From NCBI GenBank assembly GCA_963727525.1, contig CAVSGO010000006.1, positions 192,001 through 256,000 of the forward strand: 64,000 nucleotides of DNA, given 5' to 3'. Numbering within the stretch: position 1 is the stretch's first letter; every line of letters begins with the position of its first letter. Under the pieces are notes generated by a model, which saw only the letters and a program-made list of their open reading frames with translations, ran no database searches and had not been told where the DNA came from. Made by a program: the position numbers and the translations under genes. Source of the DNA: an uncultured bacterium (GTDB taxonomy: Bacteria; Krumholzibacteriota; Krumholzibacteriia; LZORAL124-64-63). Shown piece after piece: positions 18,928 to 28,585 of the stretch.

Positions 18928-19674
18928 ATGTTTGCCGCAAACAACGGAAGCGACTTCGACTTTCCCGACCTGAACGCACTGCCGACGACCTACGTCGTGG
19001 CATCGACGCCTCGCTCGGGGAGCACCCTGCTCTGCCGTGCCCTGTGGGCGACACGCCACGCCGGTGCTCCCAAGGAATATTTCAACCCGGAACACATGCG
19101 TGACTTTCGGGCACGCTGGGGCCACCTGCCTTTGCCCGAGTATCTCCGCCATCTGTACCGCCATCGATCCTCACCCAACGCGATCTTCGGTGTTAAGGCC
19201 CACTTCCATCAGATCGACCAGCTCTTCCTGAGCCAAGGCTTCGATCTGCACGAGATGCTCCGCGAGCCACGCTACATCCTCATCTCCAGGCGGGACCGCT
19301 TGCGCGCTGCGGTCTCGTGGGTGAAGGCGGAGCAGACAGGCATCTGGAACAGCGAAGCGCCGCGTCCGGCCGCCGTCCACTACGATCACCAGGCCATTGT
19401 GGCGCGCATGGCGAAACTCGAGGCTGACGATCGTGCCTGGCGCGCCTACTTCCGCTGCCGCGGCATCGAACCTCATGCGGTCGACTACGAGGAGTTGACC
19501 GCCGATTACGAGGCTACCGTGCGCGCCGTACTGGACTTCCTGGGCGCCTCCGGCGAGATCGCCGAGATCGCGCCGCCGAGATTGAAGAAACTCGCAGACG
19601 ACGTCAGCGAGGATTGGATCGTGCGCTTCCAGAGCGAGCAAGGCAATTCCGTGGTCCCGGTCGCGACCGGATAG
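18928..19674 (+). CDS. Stf0-family sulfotransferase
   Basis: STPRSGSTLLC, G.PKEYFN, FGVK, RRDRLRAAVSW.KA.QTG.W, YEEL. Confidence 0.9.
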   Translation: MFAANNGSDFDFPDLNALPTTYVVASTPRSGSTLLCRALWATRHAGAPKEYFNPEHMRDFRARWGHLPLPEYLRHLYRHRSSPNAIFGVKAHFHQIDQLFLSQGFDLHEMLREPRYILISRRDRLRAAVSWVKAEQTGIWNSEAPRPAAVHYDHQAIVARMAKLEADDRAWRAYFRCRGIEPHAVDYEELTADYEATVRAVLDFLGASGEIAEIAPPRLKKLADDVSEDWIVRFQSEQGNSVVPVATG

Positions 19675-19813
19675 CCCTGTCCGTGGCGCCCAGTGACGCT
19701 CTCGACGCGAGATATCGGCGAGACGATGCGCAAGTCCGCGGCTTCGCTCCCGAGCAGGGTCTTGGAGCCGCGCGTCGCGGTGCGACTGATACCGAAAGGT
19801 CCGGCGATCTCGC

Positions 19814-20905
19814 TCAAGTTGACGAGGCGTGCTGTCCCTCCGACAGCGGCGTCAGCTCGGCCCGTAGGCGCGGCAGCGACTGCGGATACTGCTCGCGCAC
19901 GAACGCCACGAGCTTCTCGCGCACGAGGCAGCGGAGGTCCCAGGCCGCGCCCGAGTCGCGGGCGCTGATCAGGGCGCGCATCTGAACCGCGCGCTCGGTG
20001 ACGTCGGTGATCTGGATGCTGGCAACGCGGCCGTCCCAGCGGTCGTCGTCCTTGACGATGCGCTGCAGCTCGGTGCGGATGGCGTCGACGGGCACGGAGT
20101 GGTCGACGTAGAGGTAGATGGTGCCCAGTAGTTCGGCCGAGACACGGGTCCAGTTCTGGAACGGCTTTTCGAGGAAGTAGGTGATCGGCACGATCAGCCG
20201 CCGCTGGTCCCAGATGCGCACCACGACGTAGGTGAGGTTGATCTCCTCGATCCGACCCCACTCGCCCTCGACGATCACGACGTCGTCGATCCGGATGGGT
20301 TCGGTGATCGCGATCTGGATGCCCGCGAAGAGCGTTCCCAGCGACTTCTGGGCTGCGAAGCCGACGATGATGCCGATGATTCCGGCGGAGGCGAGCAGAC
20401 CGCGGCCCAGGCTGCGCACCGTCTCGAAGGTCATGAGAATGAAGGCCAGCGCGAGCAGCCAGGTGAGCGCGATGACGATCTTGCGGGCGATCTCGTATTG
20501 TGTGTGCACCTTGCGCGCGTGCAGGTTGTCGGCCTGCGCGATGTCGTAGCGGGACCGGATCACGTCCTGGCCGACGGCGGTGAAGGCGATCACCAGCCAG
20601 GCTCCGCTCACGATCAGCAGGATCCCGATGACGTGCGCGGCGAAGGCGCCGTAGACTTCCGGGAGTTGCATCAGGGGGAACAGGGCCTCGATGACCAGGA
20701 GCACGATCAGCAGGCGCAGCGGTCCGCGGCAGCGCTTCGCGATCGCGTCGTCCAGCTCCGCGCGCGTGCGGCGGGCGAAGCGCTTGAGTACCGCGAAGGC
20801 GATCGCGTGCAGGATAAAACCGATGACGATCGCCGCGGCCAGCACGATCGCAACGCGCAGGATGGGCTGGCCGTGGGCGAGCACCTGGTCGACGAATCCT
20901 TCCAC
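19814..20905 (-). CDS. MscS-family mechanosensitive channel
   Basis: LLASAGIIG..GFAAQ, PIRIDDVVIVEGEWGRIEEI, PFQNWT; GTG start with AGGAG RBS. Confidence 0.9.
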   Translation of the reverse strand: MEGFVDQVLAHGQPILRVAIVLAAAIVIGFILHAIAFAVLKRFARRTRAELDDAIAKRCRGPLRLLIVLLVIEALFPLMQLPEVYGAFAAHVIGILLIVSGAWLVIAFTAVGQDVIRSRYDIAQADNLHARKVHTQYEIARKIVIALTWLLALAFILMTFETVRSLGRGLLASAGIIGIIVGFAAQKSLGTLFAGIQIAITEPIRIDDVVIVEGEWGRIEEINLTYVVVRIWDQRRLIVPITYFLEKPFQNWTRVSAELLGTIYLYVDHSVPVDAIRTELQRIVKDDDRWDGRVASIQITDVTERAVQMRALISARDSGAAWDLRCLVREKLVAFVREQYPQSLPRLRAELTPLSEGQHASST

Positions 20906-21144
20906 GGTCGGGTCTCCTCTCGCAGGAAGCCGTGGTGCCACAGCCCGGGTGTGGCGAGGCCATTATTGATACAAGGTAACCGTAATGGAATTCGTGGTGA
21001 CGGCCAGCCAGCAGGACCGGCTACGGCTCGCTCCTGGTCATGGATATGTCTGAAAAGAAACATCTTATGCTAGGATCGGACCGGAATCCCGGTCATGGCA
21101 GGCAAACGCGAACAGGTTGTATGCCACCTATTTCCAGTCCGACC

Positions 21145-21171
21145 GAACTTCCCGGGTGCGGCGTGCGTCGA
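21145..21171 (+). promoter_or_regulatory. Putative RpoE-like ECF promoter
   Basis: GAACTT-N16-GTCGA directly upstream of an ECF sigma gene. Confidence 0.5.
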
Positions 21172-21219
21172 TAGGGCTGAGCGGATGATGGCCGGAACGG
21201 CAGCCGACGGGCGAGGGCG

Positions 21220-21798
21220 ATGGACCTGAACCAACTCCTGCATCGCTGTCACGAAGGGGACGAGCTGGCCTGGGAGGCTCTGGTCACCCGGTATCAGGCG
21301 CGCATCTGCAGCCTGGCGTACCACTACGTGGGCAGTGACGAGGAAGCGCTGGACGTGGCGCAGGAGATCTTCGTGAAGGTATGGAAGCAGCTCGACTCCT
21401 GTCGCGAACCCGAACGGTTCGAGGCCTGGCTGATGCGGATCGCGCGCAACGCCTGCCTCGACCACCTGCGCCGTCGCAAGGCGCGGCCGCCGGCCCAGGA
21501 CGTACCGGCGGAGGACATGTTGTCCCTTGCCGACCCCGGCACCCGGCCCGACGACGACTACGAGCAGGACCGGCGCCGCCGGGTGCTCGAGGCCGGGCTG
21601 CAGAGGCTCAGTCTGATCAACCGCGAGATGATCGTCCTGAAGGACATCCAGGGCCTGTCCCTGGAGGAGATTGCCAGCATGCTCGATCTGCCGCTTGGCA
21701 CCGTGAAATCGCGCAGCAGCCGGGCGCGGATCGAGTTGGGCAAGACTGTGGCCGCCCTCACCGGTGGGCCCGGCCCCGACCTGGAGGCCACGACGTGA
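21220..21798 (+). CDS. ECF sigma-70 factor (RpoE/SigW-like)
   Basis: ALDVAQEIFVK, WLMRIARNACLDHLR, EEIASMLDLPLGTVKSR. Confidence 0.9.
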   Translation: MDLNQLLHRCHEGDELAWEALVTRYQARICSLAYHYVGSDEEALDVAQEIFVKVWKQLDSCREPERFEAWLMRIARNACLDHLRRRKARPPAQDVPAEDMLSLADPGTRPDDDYEQDRRRRVLEAGLQRLSLINREMIVLKDIQGLSLEEIASMLDLPLGTVKSRSSRARIELGKTVAALTGGPGPDLEATT

Positions 21799-22496
21799 GC
21801 AGCGACCGCTACGACGGCGCCGATATCACGCGGCGCATCGTGAGGGCCACGAGCGGGTCGGCCTGTAGGCGGGCCGAGGCGCTCCTCGCCAGCCGCACCG
21901 ACAGTGCGCTGGAAGTCTTCGATCTGGCGCTCCTGCGCGGTCACCTGGCGCGCTGCGAGGCGTGCCGGGCGCTGGCCGAGGCGCTCGACTGGTCGTTGCC
22001 GCTGCTGCCCGCGCTCGCCGAGCGCGAGCCGGGTGAGGCGTTCACGGAGGCGGTGCTGGAGCGCACGAGCCGTGCGCCGCAGCGGGCCCTGGTGCCCTGG
22101 CTCGAGCGCGGGACCGTGGCGGCGCAGGAACGCTGGCGGCGGATGTGGCAGCGGCCGCGCTTCGCCCTGGAGGCGGCGTGGGTGGGGGCGTGCGTGGTGG
22201 CGCTCCTGGTGTGGAGTCCGCTGGCGCCGGTTGGCGCGCAGCAGCAGGCGCGGGCCGCGATCCAGGCCGGGGGCACGGCGTTGCCCACCCTGGTGCAGGA
22301 CGCACCGCGACTGGGCGGAGAGCTGGTGGCGCCGCTGGCGTCGCCCGCCGGCAAGATCGAGGTGGAGCTGGACACCACCGTCCAGGGGTTGCGGGAGCGG
22401 GCTTCGCATGTCGCGGCCCGCGGCCACAGCCTCTGGCAGAGCATCCTCGGTGGCGGCCAGCATGACGATGAGGGCGGGGCGGACGCCGGCCGCTAG
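21795..22496 (+). CDS. Membrane-anchored zinc anti-sigma factor
   Basis: Overlaps the sigma stop (GTGA); C...HLARCEAC; one TM helix. Confidence 0.75.
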   Translation: MSSDRYDGADITRRIVRATSGSACRRAEALLASRTDSALEVFDLALLRGHLARCEACRALAEALDWSLPLLPALAEREPGEAFTEAVLERTSRAPQRALVPWLERGTVAAQERWRRMWQRPRFALEAAWVGACVVALLVWSPLAPVGAQQQARAAIQAGGTALPTLVQDAPRLGGELVAPLASPAGKIEVELDTTVQGLRERASHVAARGHSLWQSILGGGQHDDEGGADAGR

Positions 22497-22550
22497 CCGG
22501 CCCCCCCTCGCCGAGCAGCGCGGCGTGGCCGCGGCAAAAGGAGCAAGACC

Positions 22551-23141
22551 ATGGATCACGACAACCGTCAGTACGAGCCGCGGATCGAGAATCCGGACAC
22601 GCGGTCTCAGCCGAACTACGAGGCGCCGCGCCGTCGCGACCTGCCGTACAAGGTGCCCTTCCTGGCCGGACTGCTGTCGGGCATCCTGCCGGGGCTGGGC
22701 CAGGTGTACGTGGGATACCTGCAGATCGGCATCACCCTGGGCCTGATCATCGCCGGGTGCATCACCGTCCTGTCCAGCGGGGGCGGCGGCGGGGTGGAGC
22801 CGCTCTTCGGACTGACGCTGGCCTTCACCTGGCTCTTCGGCATCATCGACGCGGTGCGTCGGGCCGGAGCCTACAACCGCTACCTGGATGGGTTCGGCAG
22901 CGACGCGCCCCCGCCTGAACTGGCCACGCCCGGCTGGGCTGGCAGCCGCGCCGGCGGCGTGGTGCTGATCGTCCTGGGTGGCCTGCTCACGCTGAACAGG
23001 CTCTTCGATATCGATCTCGAGTGGCTTGAGAACGTGTGGCCGCTGGGGCTGGTGGGGCTGGGCGTATGGCTGGTGTGGAAGTCGCGCCAGGACAAGGCGA
23101 CCGGTCCGGACACGGCCGACCACGACCGCATGGGGCATTGA
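22551..23141 (+). CDS. Membrane protein, envelope-stress (LiaF/LiaI-like) type
   Basis: LSGILPGLGQVYVG, WPLGLVGLGVWL helices; third gene of the ECF operon. Confidence 0.7.
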   Translation: MDHDNRQYEPRIENPDTRSQPNYEAPRRRDLPYKVPFLAGLLSGILPGLGQVYVGYLQIGITLGLIIAGCITVLSSGGGGGVEPLFGLTLAFTWLFGIIDAVRRAGAYNRYLDGFGSDAPPPELATPGWAGSRAGGVVLIVLGGLLTLNRLFDIDLEWLENVWPLGLVGLGVWLVWKSRQDKATGPDTADHDRMGH

Positions 23142-23251
23142 TAGCCGAAATCTTCTCAATCGACGGGCGGCCCGACCGATACAGCCGGTGAGGGCCGCCC
23201 GCCTCGCGTTCTGGCGGCGGCCATGGGTTTGCGCCGAGGAGGCGGTCGTTC

Positions 23252-24274
23252 GTGGAGCAGCGGCCAAGCAAGATCCTGATCGTCGACGACTCGAACCTGG
23301 ACCTGCGGGTCCATGCGGCGACGCTGCATGCCAAGGGGTACGAGATCGTCACGGCCACCAGTGGCGAGGAAGCGCTGCTGCTGGTCGAGGTGACGGTGCC
23401 TGATCTCTTCCTCATTGCCGCCAAGATGCAGAACATGGACGGCTTCACGCTCTGCGAGCGCCTCAAGGAAGACGCCCGCATGATCAACGTGCCGGTGGTC
23501 TTCATCACGGCCGATCCCACACCCGAGGACATCGATCGCGGCTACGCGGCCGGCGGCGTGGATTACATCGCCAAGCCCTGTCACCTGAGCGAGTTCCTCG
23601 CGCGCGTGTCCACCCACATCCGGCTCTACCAGGCCTTGCAGGACGTGGCGCGTCTCCAGGACCAGGCGATGGACAAGAACCCGCTCACGCACCTGCCGGG
23701 CAACAACTCCATCCTCGCGCAGATCCAGGAGGCCATCGACTCCCGCGCGGCCCGGACCGTGATCTACGCCGACCTCGACAACTTCAAGGCCTACAACGAC
23801 TACTTCGGCTTCTCGGCGGGCGACGACATGCTGCTCTTCACGGCCGAGACACTGCAGACGGCGATTCGCCTCGTGTGCAAAGGCGAAGAATTCCTCGGCC
23901 ACATCGGCGGCGACGACTTCGTGGTCATGGTCGACGACGACGTGGCGCCGCAGCTCGCGACGGAGATCGTGCGGCTCTTCGACGCCGGCGCGCCCAACTT
24001 CTATCGAGATGCCGACATCGCGCGCGGTTACATTGAGAGCACCGACCGCACAGGCGCCATTGCGCGCTTCCCGATCGTCTCGCTATCGATGGGCGGCGTG
24101 CAGTTGCGTTCGCACAACTTCACGCGCTTCCTCGAGGTGGCCAGCGTATGCGCCGAGGTGAAACACATGGCCAAGGCCATTCCCGGCAGTAATATCTTCA
24201 TGGATCGCCGCGGCCTCTCCGACGCCCTCATCGATCTTCCGCGGCCGACGTCGACTCACACCTCCGACGACTAG
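23252..24274 (+). CDS. Receiver-GGDEF protein with atypical receiver
   Basis: ILIVDD...KP receiver; NPLTHLPGN, DLDNFKAYND, HIGGDDF. Confidence 0.85.
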   Translation: MEQRPSKILIVDDSNLDLRVHAATLHAKGYEIVTATSGEEALLLVEVTVPDLFLIAAKMQNMDGFTLCERLKEDARMINVPVVFITADPTPEDIDRGYAAGGVDYIAKPCHLSEFLARVSTHIRLYQALQDVARLQDQAMDKNPLTHLPGNNSILAQIQEAIDSRAARTVIYADLDNFKAYNDYFGFSAGDDMLLFTAETLQTAIRLVCKGEEFLGHIGGDDFVVMVDDDVAPQLATEIVRLFDAGAPNFYRDADIARGYIESTDRTGAIARFPIVSLSMGGVQLRSHNFTRFLEVASVCAEVKHMAKAIPGSNIFMDRRGLSDALIDLPRPTSTHTSDD

Positions 24275-25662
24275 TCTCCAAGCGCCGCCAGGATGTCCCG
24301 CCCCAGTGCCGTGAGCGACGGGTCGCGCGCGCCCATGACCATGACGAGGTCGCCTTCGCGAGCCTCCGCCGCGACGGCGGCCGGCAACTGTGCCCGGTCG
24401 CTGACGAAGCGGGCGTCGCGGTCCTTCGCCCGGATCGCGCCCACGAGGTCCGCGCTGCTGATGTCGCGGGTGACGGTGCCGCCCGCGTAGTAGATCTCCG
24501 GCAACCAGAGCACGTCCTGCGGCTGCAGGGAGGTTGCCAGTGCATCGACCAGGTCGTGGCGCAGGAAGCGGGTGGGGCCAAAGCCGTGGGGCTGGAAGAT
24601 GGCGAGCACGCGCGAGTCGGGGCGGGCGAGGCGCGCGTGGGCCGCGGCGAGGGCGGCGGTGAGCTTGTCGGGGTTGTGGGCGAAGTCGTCGATCACCTCC
24701 ACGCCACGGGTGTGACCGAGCGACTGGAAGCGGCGGACCACCCCCGCGAAGCCGGCCAGCGGCTCGATCATGGCGTCCAGCGCGACGCCTGCCGCGCGGC
24801 ACGCCGCGATCGCCGCGGCCGCATTGCGCACGTCATGCCGGCCCGGGGTGGGCACGGAGAAGCGCACGCCCTGCACGGTGAAGGCGCTGCCGCGCGGACC
24901 GCTGGCGAGCGCCTCGGCGCGCACGTCGCAATGCGCGCCGAGGCCGAATGTGACGGCGCCGGTGCGCAGGGCATCGAGCCGCGAGCCCTCGCCCACGATC
25001 AGCGGCCCGGTGACGTTGGCCTTGAAGACGTCGAACATTGCAGCCACGTCCTCGGGTTCCTTGTGGTCCCGTCCGAGGTTGAGCACCACACCACACCACG
25101 GGTGGTAACGCACCACCGATCCGTCGCTCTCGTCGGCCTCGATCACGAGCCAGGGTGTCGGGCCGCCGTCGCCGTCGCCGCCCCAGGCGTTGCCGAGGTA
25201 GCCGTCGCGCTGCAGGGCCACCAGTGCGCCGCCGGTGAGCAGGCGCGGGTCGTGGCCGCAGCCGCGCAGGACCGTGAAGATCATGGCCGTCACCGTCGAC
25301 TTGCCGCTGGTACCGGTGACGGCGATGGTGCGGTGCTCCTGCACGAAGCGCGCGAGCAGTTCGCTGCGATGGAGCACGGCGATCCCGAGGGCGCGGGCGG
25401 CGCGGACGTCGAGGATGGTGCCCTCCACCGCGGTGGAGACGACGACGGCGTCGCAATCGTGGGTGATGGCGTTGCCGTCCTGGGGCACGATGATCACGCC
25501 CGCGGCCTCGAGGGCGCGGCGGATCTCCTCGCGCTCGCCTCGGTCGAAGGCGCGGTCGCTGCCGGTGGCGCGGCCGCCGCGGCCGGCATGGAACAGCGCC
25601 AGCGCGCTCATGCCGCTGCCGCCGACGCCGACGAAGTGGAGCCAGGGTTCAGGCGATGACAA
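24271..25662 (-). CDS. MurC/Mpl-like Mur ligase
   Basis: HFVGVGGSGMSALA, GTSGKST, EADESDG, DDFAHNP, FQPHG. Confidence 0.9.
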   Translation of the reverse strand: MSSPEPWLHFVGVGGSGMSALALFHAGRGGRATGSDRAFDRGEREEIRRALEAAGVIIVPQDGNAITHDCDAVVVSTAVEGTILDVRAARALGIAVLHRSELLARFVQEHRTIAVTGTSGKSTVTAMIFTVLRGCGHDPRLLTGGALVALQRDGYLGNAWGGDGDGGPTPWLVIEADESDGSVVRYHPWCGVVLNLGRDHKEPEDVAAMFDVFKANVTGPLIVGEGSRLDALRTGAVTFGLGAHCDVRAEALASGPRGSAFTVQGVRFSVPTPGRHDVRNAAAAIAACRAAGVALDAMIEPLAGFAGVVRRFQSLGHTRGVEVIDDFAHNPDKLTAALAAAHARLARPDSRVLAIFQPHGFGPTRFLRHDLVDALATSLQPQDVLWLPEIYYAGGTVTRDISSADLVGAIRAKDRDARFVSDRAQLPAAVAAEAREGDLVMVMGARDPSLTALGRDILAALGD

Positions 25663-26200
25663 CGGGGTCTCCCTCCTCGACCCGGACGAAGAGCGCCTCG
25701 ATGTCGGCGCTGCGCAGACGGATGCAGCCGCCGCTCATGGGCCGGCCCAGGTCGGACTCGTGGTTGGTGCCGTGCAGGTAGATGAATCGCGTTCGAGAGT
25801 CGACGCCGGTCCCGCGGTTGATGCCATCCTCGCAACCATCGAGGGTGAGAATGCGCGTGAGGATGAGATCGCCGTCGTTTCGCGTGCCGGGGCGCCAAAC
25901 CTCGCCGGTGGGCTCGCGCGACTCGAAAACCGCGAAGCGCGGCGCGTCGGCGCCGATGCGACGGGCGATGTGGTGAAGGCCCGGGGGCGTGCCGCCGCTG
26001 CCCTCGCGCGCGTCGACGCCGGCCCGCGCGGTGCTGCAGGGCCAGCGCCCGGCCGCCGCGCCATCGCGCACCAGGGTCACCGTCTGGCTGGCGACGTCGA
26101 CCAGCAGCCAGCGGGCCGGCGCGCGTCCGAGGCGGTCGGCGAGTATCGCCGCGTGGGCTGCCACCTGGGCCGCCGTGGGGGTATGAGCTGGCTCTTGCAT
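25649..26200 (-). CDS. YkuD-domain protein without signal peptide (ElsL-like L,D-carboxypeptidase/transpeptidase)
   Basis: IYLHGTN...SGGCIR catalytic His/Cys; TPPGLH, ILTRILTL. Confidence 0.85.
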   Translation of the reverse strand: MQEPAHTPTAAQVAAHAAILADRLGRAPARWLLVDVASQTVTLVRDGAAAGRWPCSTARAGVDAREGSGGTPPGLHHIARRIGADAPRFAVFESREPTGEVWRPGTRNDGDLILTRILTLDGCEDGINRGTGVDSRTRFIYLHGTNHESDLGRPMSGGCIRLRSADIEALFVRVEEGDPVVIA

Positions 26201-26360
26201 GTGCGGGAGGGTACACCCGGTTCCGGCGGTGGGCAACGTCCGGACGCCTGGCGGCCTTGCGATCGCCCGGGTGAGTTACCACTATTTCAGAGGATGTGAT
26301 ATTGCTAACAACCAGCAGTGCGGGCAACGTCGGATTCCGCAAAGCCTGAGGAGCTTGATC

Positions 26361-28583
26361 ATGTTCGACATTGGTGGTGCGCTCGACCGTCAGATCAAGC
26401 AGTTCATGAAGAACCGGCCGACGATCCTGTTCATCGAGCCGGAAGACTACCGAGTGCTCGAGGCTGCGTTCTCCCTGCCGCAGGTTGCGGGCGTGGTGTT
26501 CCTGGCGACGCGGGAGCGCGTGGCCGAGGTCATCGCGCGCGAGCTGCCGCACAAGGACCCGGTCAGCGTCGAGTTCCTGCTGGGCGAGAGCGCGTTCTGC
26601 CCCATCGATGGGCATCCCGAGCTGGTGGACGAGTTCGCGCAGGCGATCATGGCGCTTCCGCCGGAGCGTCGCTGGACCGACGAACCCGCCGAGGCGCGCC
26701 GTCTGGCCGCCACGCCGGCCGGCTTCGGCATCATGGCGGTGCACGAGGGACATGCCGACATCGTGGTGGGCGGCGCGGCGCACGAGCCGCGCGACTACTT
26801 CCGACCCATGATCAAGATACTGAAGGTGGACGAGGTCGTCTGTGAGGCCGGCGTCTTCGTGTTGCCCGACAGCCACCCCGGCAATATCTACCCGCACAAT
26901 ATCCTGGTGATGGGCGACGTGGGTGTGAATGCCGCCGTCACCCCCGAGATCCTGGCGCGCAGCGCGGTGGGCGTGTGCGCGGTGGCGCGCGACTTGATCC
27001 CGGAAGAGGTACTGCCCACGATCAACGGCGCCATGGTGAGCTATTCCAATCGCGGCAGCGACGAGGGGCCGAGCCCCGAACTGGTGCGCCAGGCGGCCGC
27101 ACTCGTGCCCGAGTACCTGAAGCAGCGCATCGCACGCGGCGAGCGATACCGGTCGATCGAGATCGTGCCCGAGGTGAAGATCTCGGTGGCCCTGTCGGCG
27201 CGTTCGGCACACCTGTACCGGCGCGGCAAGCAGCGCGAGGACTTCCACGGCACGAACGCGGTCATCACGCCCAATCTCGATACCGGCAACCTGTTGTTTC
27301 ATCTTTTCAGCACGCGCTACCCCGACGCCAAGAAGTTTGGTGCCCTCTTCGGCATCCGCTTCCGCGGCGTGGATCTGCCCATGGACGTGCTGCCCGAGGA
27401 CGCGGCCCTGGCCGTGAAGGCCGCCGTCCTGCGGCTACACCGTTTTGGCGAGTGGACACGCACGCCACGTGACACCTTCTTCCCGAGGCCGCGAATCCTG
27501 GCCATCAACCCGGGATCCACCAGCACCAAGCTGGCGATCTTCGAGGGCGAGGAGGAGATGGTAGCCGAGGAACTGCAGCACAGCGCCGACGAGCTGCTGC
27601 CCTATGAGGGGCAGCGCATCGTGGCGCAGTTCGGGTTCCGCAAGGAGGCCATCACCGCATTCCTGGCGGCCCACGACCTGTCGCTGGCCGACATCGACGC
27701 GGTGAGCGCGCGTGGCGGTCTGGTGCAGCCCATCCCCCACGGCACCTACGCGGTGAACGATCGCATGCGGGAGGACCTGCTCGGTGGCACGGCCACCGAC
27801 CATGCCTCGAACCTGGGTGCGCTGATCGCGCAGGAGCTTGTCAGCGGCACCGACAAGCCGGCGTACATCACCGATCCCGTCGTGGTGGACGAGATGAATC
27901 CGCGCGCGCGTATCAGCGGCATGAAGGAATTGCCGCGGGTGCCCATCAGCCACGCGTTGAATCAGATCGCCACGGCGCACCGGTTCGCGCGCGAGCAGGG
28001 CACGTTCTACGAGCACCTCAACCTCATCGTATGTCACATGGGCGGCGGTATCTCGATCGGCGCGCACAAGAAGGGGCGCTACGTCGACGTGAACAATGCT
28101 CTCGATGGCGAGGGCCCGTTCTCGCCGCAGCGTTCTGGCTCGCTGCCGGTGGGGCCGCTGATCCGGCTGTGCTTCAGCGGCAAGTACACGCAGGAGCAGC
28201 TCCTGGTCCTGAACAAGGGGCGCGGCGGACTGATCGATTTGCTCGGCACCGCCGACTTCAAGCTCGTGGAGTCGAAGGTGAAGGAGGGCGATGCCGAGTA
28301 CAGTCTGGTCTTCGGGGCGATGTGCTACCAGATCGCCAAGACCATCTGCTCCATGGCGCCGGCTTTCGACGGGGAGTCGGTGGACCAGATCCTGCTCACT
28401 GGCGGGATGGCGCGGTCGCAGCTCCTGGTGGACTCGATCCACAAGCTGCTCGGTCCGCGCTGTGCCGGCCTGACCGTCTACCCGGGAGAGAACGAGATGG
28501 TGGCCCTGGCGCTGGGCGCGCTGCGGGTCCTGTCGGGTCGCGAGCCGGTGCGGCACTATGCGCCGGAGAGCCAGGAAGGATAA
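26361..28583 (+). CDS. buk: Fusion of a phosphotransacylase-like domain and butyrate kinase
   Basis: N-terminal PTA fold (FIEPEDYRVL, MVSYSNRGS, PNLDTGN); C-terminal INPGSTSTK, HASNLG, HMGGGIS, PGENE. Confidence 0.9.
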   Translation: MFDIGGALDRQIKQFMKNRPTILFIEPEDYRVLEAAFSLPQVAGVVFLATRERVAEVIARELPHKDPVSVEFLLGESAFCPIDGHPELVDEFAQAIMALPPERRWTDEPAEARRLAATPAGFGIMAVHEGHADIVVGGAAHEPRDYFRPMIKILKVDEVVCEAGVFVLPDSHPGNIYPHNILVMGDVGVNAAVTPEILARSAVGVCAVARDLIPEEVLPTINGAMVSYSNRGSDEGPSPELVRQAAALVPEYLKQRIARGERYRSIEIVPEVKISVALSARSAHLYRRGKQREDFHGTNAVITPNLDTGNLLFHLFSTRYPDAKKFGALFGIRFRGVDLPMDVLPEDAALAVKAAVLRLHRFGEWTRTPRDTFFPRPRILAINPGSTSTKLAIFEGEEEMVAEELQHSADELLPYEGQRIVAQFGFRKEAITAFLAAHDLSLADIDAVSARGGLVQPIPHGTYAVNDRMREDLLGGTATDHASNLGALIAQELVSGTDKPAYITDPVVVDEMNPRARISGMKELPRVPISHALNQIATAHRFAREQGTFYEHLNLIVCHMGGGISIGAHKKGRYVDVNNALDGEGPFSPQRSGSLPVGPLIRLCFSGKYTQEQLLVLNKGRGGLIDLLGTADFKLVESKVKEGDAEYSLVFGAMCYQIAKTICSMAPAFDGESVDQILLTGGMARSQLLVDSIHKLLGPRCAGLTVYPGENEMVALALGALRVLSGREPVRHYAPESQEG

Positions 28584-28585
28584 CG

